From contig OX597818.1 in the NCBI GenBank assembly GCA_951406725.2, positions 8,184,001 to 8,248,000 on the forward strand: 64,000 nt of DNA, read 5' to 3'. Below the pieces are notes generated by a model, which was not told where the DNA came from, did no database searches, and saw nothing but the letters and a program-made list of their open reading frames with translations. The DNA comes from Octopus vulgaris (taxonomy: Eukaryota). Position numbers and translations under genes: made by a program. Positions 59,297-64,000 of the stretch are shown here, piece after piece; the first letter of the stretch is position 1; every line of letters starts with the position of its first letter.

Positions 59297-59826
59297 ACAT
59301 ATTTGTATATAAATAAAAAGCAGAAATAGCAGTCAAAGACTGTTTATTTCTATTTTCTACAAATAAGACTACATAACATATTCATGTAATTCTCATATGT
59401 AAAACAGCTATCTTCCACTATTCCGACGACGCTGGTTCGGAAAACGGAGGTATGTATAGCATTTCAGAAATCTATCCGAGTGGAGAGTTACGTTGATAAA
59501 GGATATGAATTTATAATTCTAATCCAGAAACGCGTCCGTAAATAACCCTAGACTTTGCTTTCGTCATTTTTTCTTTCTGTTTTACATATGTGAATTACAT
59601 GAATATGTGGAGTCTTATTTGTAGAAAACAGAAGTATACAGTCTTTGACTGGTATTTCTTATTTTTCGGTATGTGGCTAAGCAACCTGTTGCCTGCCCCT
59701 TTTTATTTATATACAAATATGTATAAAACTTTTTTTTTAAATGTTCGTACCGATAATGGTTATATTTACATACCGAAATCTACCCGTAAATAATTGTTGT
59801 TGTTTTTTAAGCTATTAATTATTTAC

Positions 59827-59830
<4 letters not shown>
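59297..59830 (+). mobile_element. Non-autonomous element with inverted arms enclosing a hammerhead
   Basis: Arms 59297-59408 / 59577-59722 (right arm has an insert); ends at (TA)n. Confidence 0.75.
59488..59541 (+). ncRNA. Type I hammerhead ribozyme, U3-A8 variant
   Basis: UUACG-UUGAUAA-a GGAU au GAAU uuaua AUUC ua AUCC a-GAAA-CGCG-UC-CGUAA. Confidence 0.87.
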
Positions 59831-59902
<72 letters not shown>

Positions 59903-60738
59903 AATATCACTATGTGCAACACATACTGGAACAGAAAACCGACCGGATGCGGTTTTTCTACAAGTTCAACTAATTGTTGACATTTTAGCATTTATAAAAT
60001 TACTACTTTGTTGTCAGTGTTCGCGTGACGCATGTATGTGAATCCATGTGTATGTAATTGAATGTAAATATTCATGTTAGTGTATATGTGTGTATACAGA
60101 TATATTTATGGTTTAGAATAGCACGTCTATCCTTCGAAATCAGTAGTGGTTCAAATTTCAACCTCAAAAGCCCTCTTATTTGTCTTCTAAACCTTATTTG
60201 TTTTCTATTTATTTGTTTGCTTATTTAGTTACCTCATTTTCTACTGTACCATCTGGTTTCTTCATTTAAATAATATCCTATGGCGAACCAAATCTATTTC
60301 CCTTATTTTACGTTATGTACTTTTTAATATATTTCTGATCTTTTGATGGTTTAGTTTTTTTGCTCTTAATTTCTATTGATTTACGGTTATTGCCTTCTTA
60401 AAGCATGCCATATACCGCAATCTGCCGAATACATTTGTCTGTGATATATAATGAGCCTGCTTGCTATCGGCAGAATAGCTGAAGTAATAACCTACCACTA
60501 AGAGCTTTGAAGTTTAGCCTCTTAGTTCGATTATAACACATTTATATAATGTTGTGTACATATATATTTATATGAGTATTTTACAAGTGTGTGAGGGTTC
60601 TGTAATATCAGTTATATAACTGTTATGTAACAGATTTAAATTAATGAAAAACTCTATACTCCTCGCCTCAGTGCTCTTATCCGATCTATATACACACAGG
60701 CATATACGTGTGTGTGTATACATATATATATATATATG

Positions 60739-61883
60739 GAATGTTTCATTAAAATCGTGTCTCGCCTTGAACTTCGAAACGCGGAGTAGATGAAACAAAG
60801 GCGACTGAAGAAGGGGAATTTTCCTTATATTGTATGTCCTGTACTCTATTTTTTCGTTGTTTAAGAAAAATGTCCATTTCCTTAGTTTCGTGTTTATGTT
60901 TTCGTTTCTCATTGTGTTCGACGTTTTTTTGGGGGGTGTCCTGTACCCATATATTCATGTATATATACATGTAGAGGTAGGTACGTACATATATGTATGT
61001 ATATATGCATATGTTTTATTTTATTTATTAATTTTTATATGACGGAACGCACGCATCCATTTCTAAGTAAGATTGTTCTTAATATTAATAATGATGCGCA
61101 CTCTTAACCTTTCTGTCCCCCTCTCTTTCTCAGCCTTCATTCTTTCGGGTTTCCTTTTCTTCTACGTTACTGTATCTCCCTCTCCCCCTCTCTCTTTCTC
61201 ATTCTTCATTCTTTCTGGTTTTCTCTATAACCACTCCCTTTTTTCACTCCTTTTCTCTTGCTCCTCCTCCTCGCACCTGTCGTTGACCTGCGACGAGAGC
61301 TCTGCTACTGTCTTTCTGACCTGGCTTCTTTCAAGTGTAGACGGCATTTTCTGTGGCTTCTTCGCCGTTCTCAAAAATAGCGTTCGTAATATTTTATCTC
61401 GTTTGACTTAACAGCCCTTCTTGTCTGTGTTACTATTATTCTCCTTGTCCTGTCTTTTACTGTTTATAGTTTGTACTGTATTTACTGTCCTGTTTTTGTT
61501 ACCATTTTTAGCCCTCCGCAAAAAAATCTCAAATCTTATTTAATTTGCTTTTCGCGGGAATGAATGTTTCATTAACGTCGTGTCTTTCCTTGACCTTCGA
61601 AACGTGGAGTAGATGAAACAAAGGCGACTGAAGAAGGGGAATTTTCCTTGTATTGTATGTCCTGTACTCTATTTTTTCGTTGTTTAAGAAAAATGTCCAT
61701 CTCCTTGGTTTTGTGTTTATGTTTCCGTTTCTCATTGTGTCCGACGTTTTTTGGTGTCCTGTACCCATATATTCATGTATATATACATGTAGAGGTAGGT
61801 ACGTACATATATGTATGTATATATGCATATGTTTTATTTTATTAATTTATTATATGACGGAATGCACGCATCCATTTCTAAGT
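60739..61883. mobile_element. Unclassified element with ~325 bp direct repeats (60739-61068 / 61562-61883) around a pyrimidine-rich core
   Basis: Collinear high-similarity repeats, TA tracts on both flanks, no recognisable protein. Confidence 0.75.
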
Positions 61884-62016
61884 TTTATTTTATTTATTGA
61901 TTTATTATATATATATATATATATATACCGGAGTAAATAAGGTGGAAAAAAAGAGTACTCAAATACCAGTGGTAGAGTAATATGTTTTATTTAAAGCAGC
62001 AGAAAATTCGACAAAA

Positions 62017-62056
62017 CCTGTTACTCTGAGTTTCCCGTTGCCGTTCATCGGACAGT
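62017..62056 (-). ncRNA. Minimal type I hammerhead motif (U4C variant), mirror copy
   Basis: Exact reverse complement of 62101-62140. Confidence 0.75.
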
Positions 62057-62100
62057 TTTTGCTAGCAAAACTGTTCATCGGACAGTTTTTGCTAGCAAAA

Positions 62101-62140
62101 ACTGTCCGATGAACGGCAACGGGAAACTCAGAGTAACAGG
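62101..62140 (+). ncRNA. Minimal type I hammerhead motif (U4C variant)
   Basis: aCUGU-CCGAUGA-aCGgcaaCGg-GAAA-CUCaGAG-UA-ACAGg; GUA triplet; GCAA tetraloop. Confidence 0.78.
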
Positions 62141-62171
62141 TTTTGTCGAAATTTCTGCTGCTTTAAATAAA

Positions 62172-62199
<28 letters not shown>

Positions 62200-62212
<13 letters not shown>

Positions 62213-62709
62213 AAACTGTAGTTGTGTGAGTGTCTGTCCCTTTCGATTTAGATTCCTAACTACTCCCACATTTTGCTGTGCAGTTTAACCAAAAGCGGGT
62301 ATCTTATAGTCGTGATTTATATCGAGCCCGTCTGAGTAGTAGCGCGCGTCTACGATGAGTCTACGATTTTAAAAATAATTTAACATCATTTTTTATTCCA
62401 TTTTAATGCATAATTTTTCGTGTGTCGATGGCGGCTGAGTTGGCGTCCATGGTCACACCTGCACCTGTTTGCTTCTCCCACTTCCCTCCCTCGTGAAGCT
62501 GTGGGGAAGGGAGTGTAAGGAAATCAACGTCGTAAAGCGTTGTCAAGGAGACCAGCGTTCTTTTAGAACAACGACTTCATGGCTTGAAGACACCAAAGCA
62601 GAAATGGCTAAGAAAGCCCGAATTGGCATCTATAAGGGAAGTAACTCTAAAAATGCTTATATAGTTATTTCCCTTACAAACCCGAGCAAGGCCGGGCGAT
62701 ACTGCTAGT
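62200..62709 (+). mobile_element. Non-autonomous Helitron-like element
   Basis: Starts TATATACATAAAACTG; ends with hairpin CCCGAGCAAGGCCGGG, then 8 nt, then CTAGT. Confidence 0.8.
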
Positions 62710-62865
62710 ATATATATATAATTTCATTTAATTAATCAAGGAACTAAAGCCCCTTAAGGGATGCGAGCATTCTAGTTCGCCGGTTTATCCGAGCGTTCAG
62801 AGAAAACAAGGTATAGGAGTTTATCACCGAAACGTATAGGCATTTAAATACACCTTTTTAAATAA

Positions 62866-63150
62866 GAAAATGAAGAAAATGCATTCAAATTTACGTACGT
62901 ATGTTTATATTTAAAGATATTCATATGTGTACATATAAACTCCTACCTACAGCTGTTTCAATACACAAATCTTGAATTTCAGAATTAAAATTCCATATTC
63001 AGTAAATTGATTATATATGGAATTTTATTTCTGAAATTAATGAATTTATCATGGAAACAAATGTAGGTAGGAGTTTCTATGTATGAATTTGAATATCTTT
63101 AAATTAAAACATCTGTGCGTAAGTTGTTTATCCATTTTCGTCATTTTCTG
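62866..63150. repeat. Diverged inverted repeat with hammerhead 3' half-sites
   Basis: ctcctacctacagctgtttc / gaaacaaatgtaggtaggag; ttcagaattaaaattccata / tatggaattttatttctgaa. Confidence 0.75.
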
Positions 63151-63168
63151 ATTTGAACAGGTTTACAC

Positions 63169-63225
<57 letters not shown>

Positions 63226-64000
63226 CGTGTGTATGTGTGTGTGTGTGATTATGTATGTATATATATATACTGTAGATATGTCAAGGTAAATACATAAATA
63301 TGTATAGGATATATATATATATATATATATATTGTGTGCATATATTTGTGTGTATGTATATGTATATATGTGTATAGGTATATGTATATACAGTTTATAA
63401 AAGAGTAAACATGAAGCGCTTTTTGTATTATGAAGTTCATAAGAAATAATTATATTAAGAACTCCTTGTTCCTTGCACTGAAAAAGACATCGAAATTTGG
63501 TTTTTATACCAGTGTCCAATTTGCATGAATTTTCGTACTTGTTATTTTACTTGGGATAATATATTCTTGGAGCCTGTCAAAAATGGTGCAGTGGAGTGTG
63601 CTGCTGTCAAAATTTGTATGGCGCACTGAGATACCACAACCGAATTGGTTACCGTTAATTTTATTGGTCAGTCAAATGAAATTGAGCAAATACCTTATTT
63701 TGTCTCAATAAATTATATATATATGTGGTATCCTATAGAGGAATGTGTATTATCAAGGTATATATATGGCAATAATATCATTCTATATATTCAATAACAG
63801 GCATTTTGTAAGAATTAATTATGATGTGTTCTATAGCAGGTATATATGCTGGAGAATATTTATAAATTTGAACATAAATATCTGAATAATAGATTTCAAC
63901 TATTAGCTTCAAACCTGCTGCTGCTTCACTGTTGTATCAATATGTAATAGATGACGCAGATCTTTAAAAAGTTACTAAAGAAGACACATCCGTTCTTCGT

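Larger units (their letters stand above)
61928..62172. mobile_element. Perfect fold-back element within (TA)n, with a 30-bp central duplication
   Basis: Arms from 61986 to 62170 are reverse complements; gttcatcggacagtttttgctagcaaaa is duplicated. Confidence 0.9.

Overview
AT-rich, repeat-saturated eukaryotic DNA. It is most likely from an Octopus (coleoid cephalopod) genome, judging from the tRNA-derived and Nin-domain SINE families and the long (TA)n, (AAT)n and (ATCT)n microsatellites. No intact host gene is visible, and most ORF-track entries are microsatellite or SINE artefacts. Recognisable elements are: a ~15 kb same-strand array of R4/Dong-clade non-LTR retrotransposons separated by (AAT)n/(GAT)n tracts (39.6-54.5 kb), three decayed L1/Tx1 copies, a Penelope-like (GIY-YIG) remnant, a mariner remnant, a Helitron nest, about a dozen SINEs, and a few candidate minus-strand exons at 14-21 kb. 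The main unexpected signal is a set of 8 near-complete type I hammerhead ribozyme motifs plus several degenerate or half motifs. They occur in at least six distinct small non-coding elements: a ~450 bp tandem repeat, fold-back elements in TA microsatellites, and a 340 bp unit in an AAT tract. Most have tiny palindromic stem III helices; core variants include a compensatory U3-A8 pair (two motifs) and U4C. They look like Penelope-dependent, retrozyme-like parasites. All calls were made by eye, and most boundaries are approximate (+/- tens of bp).
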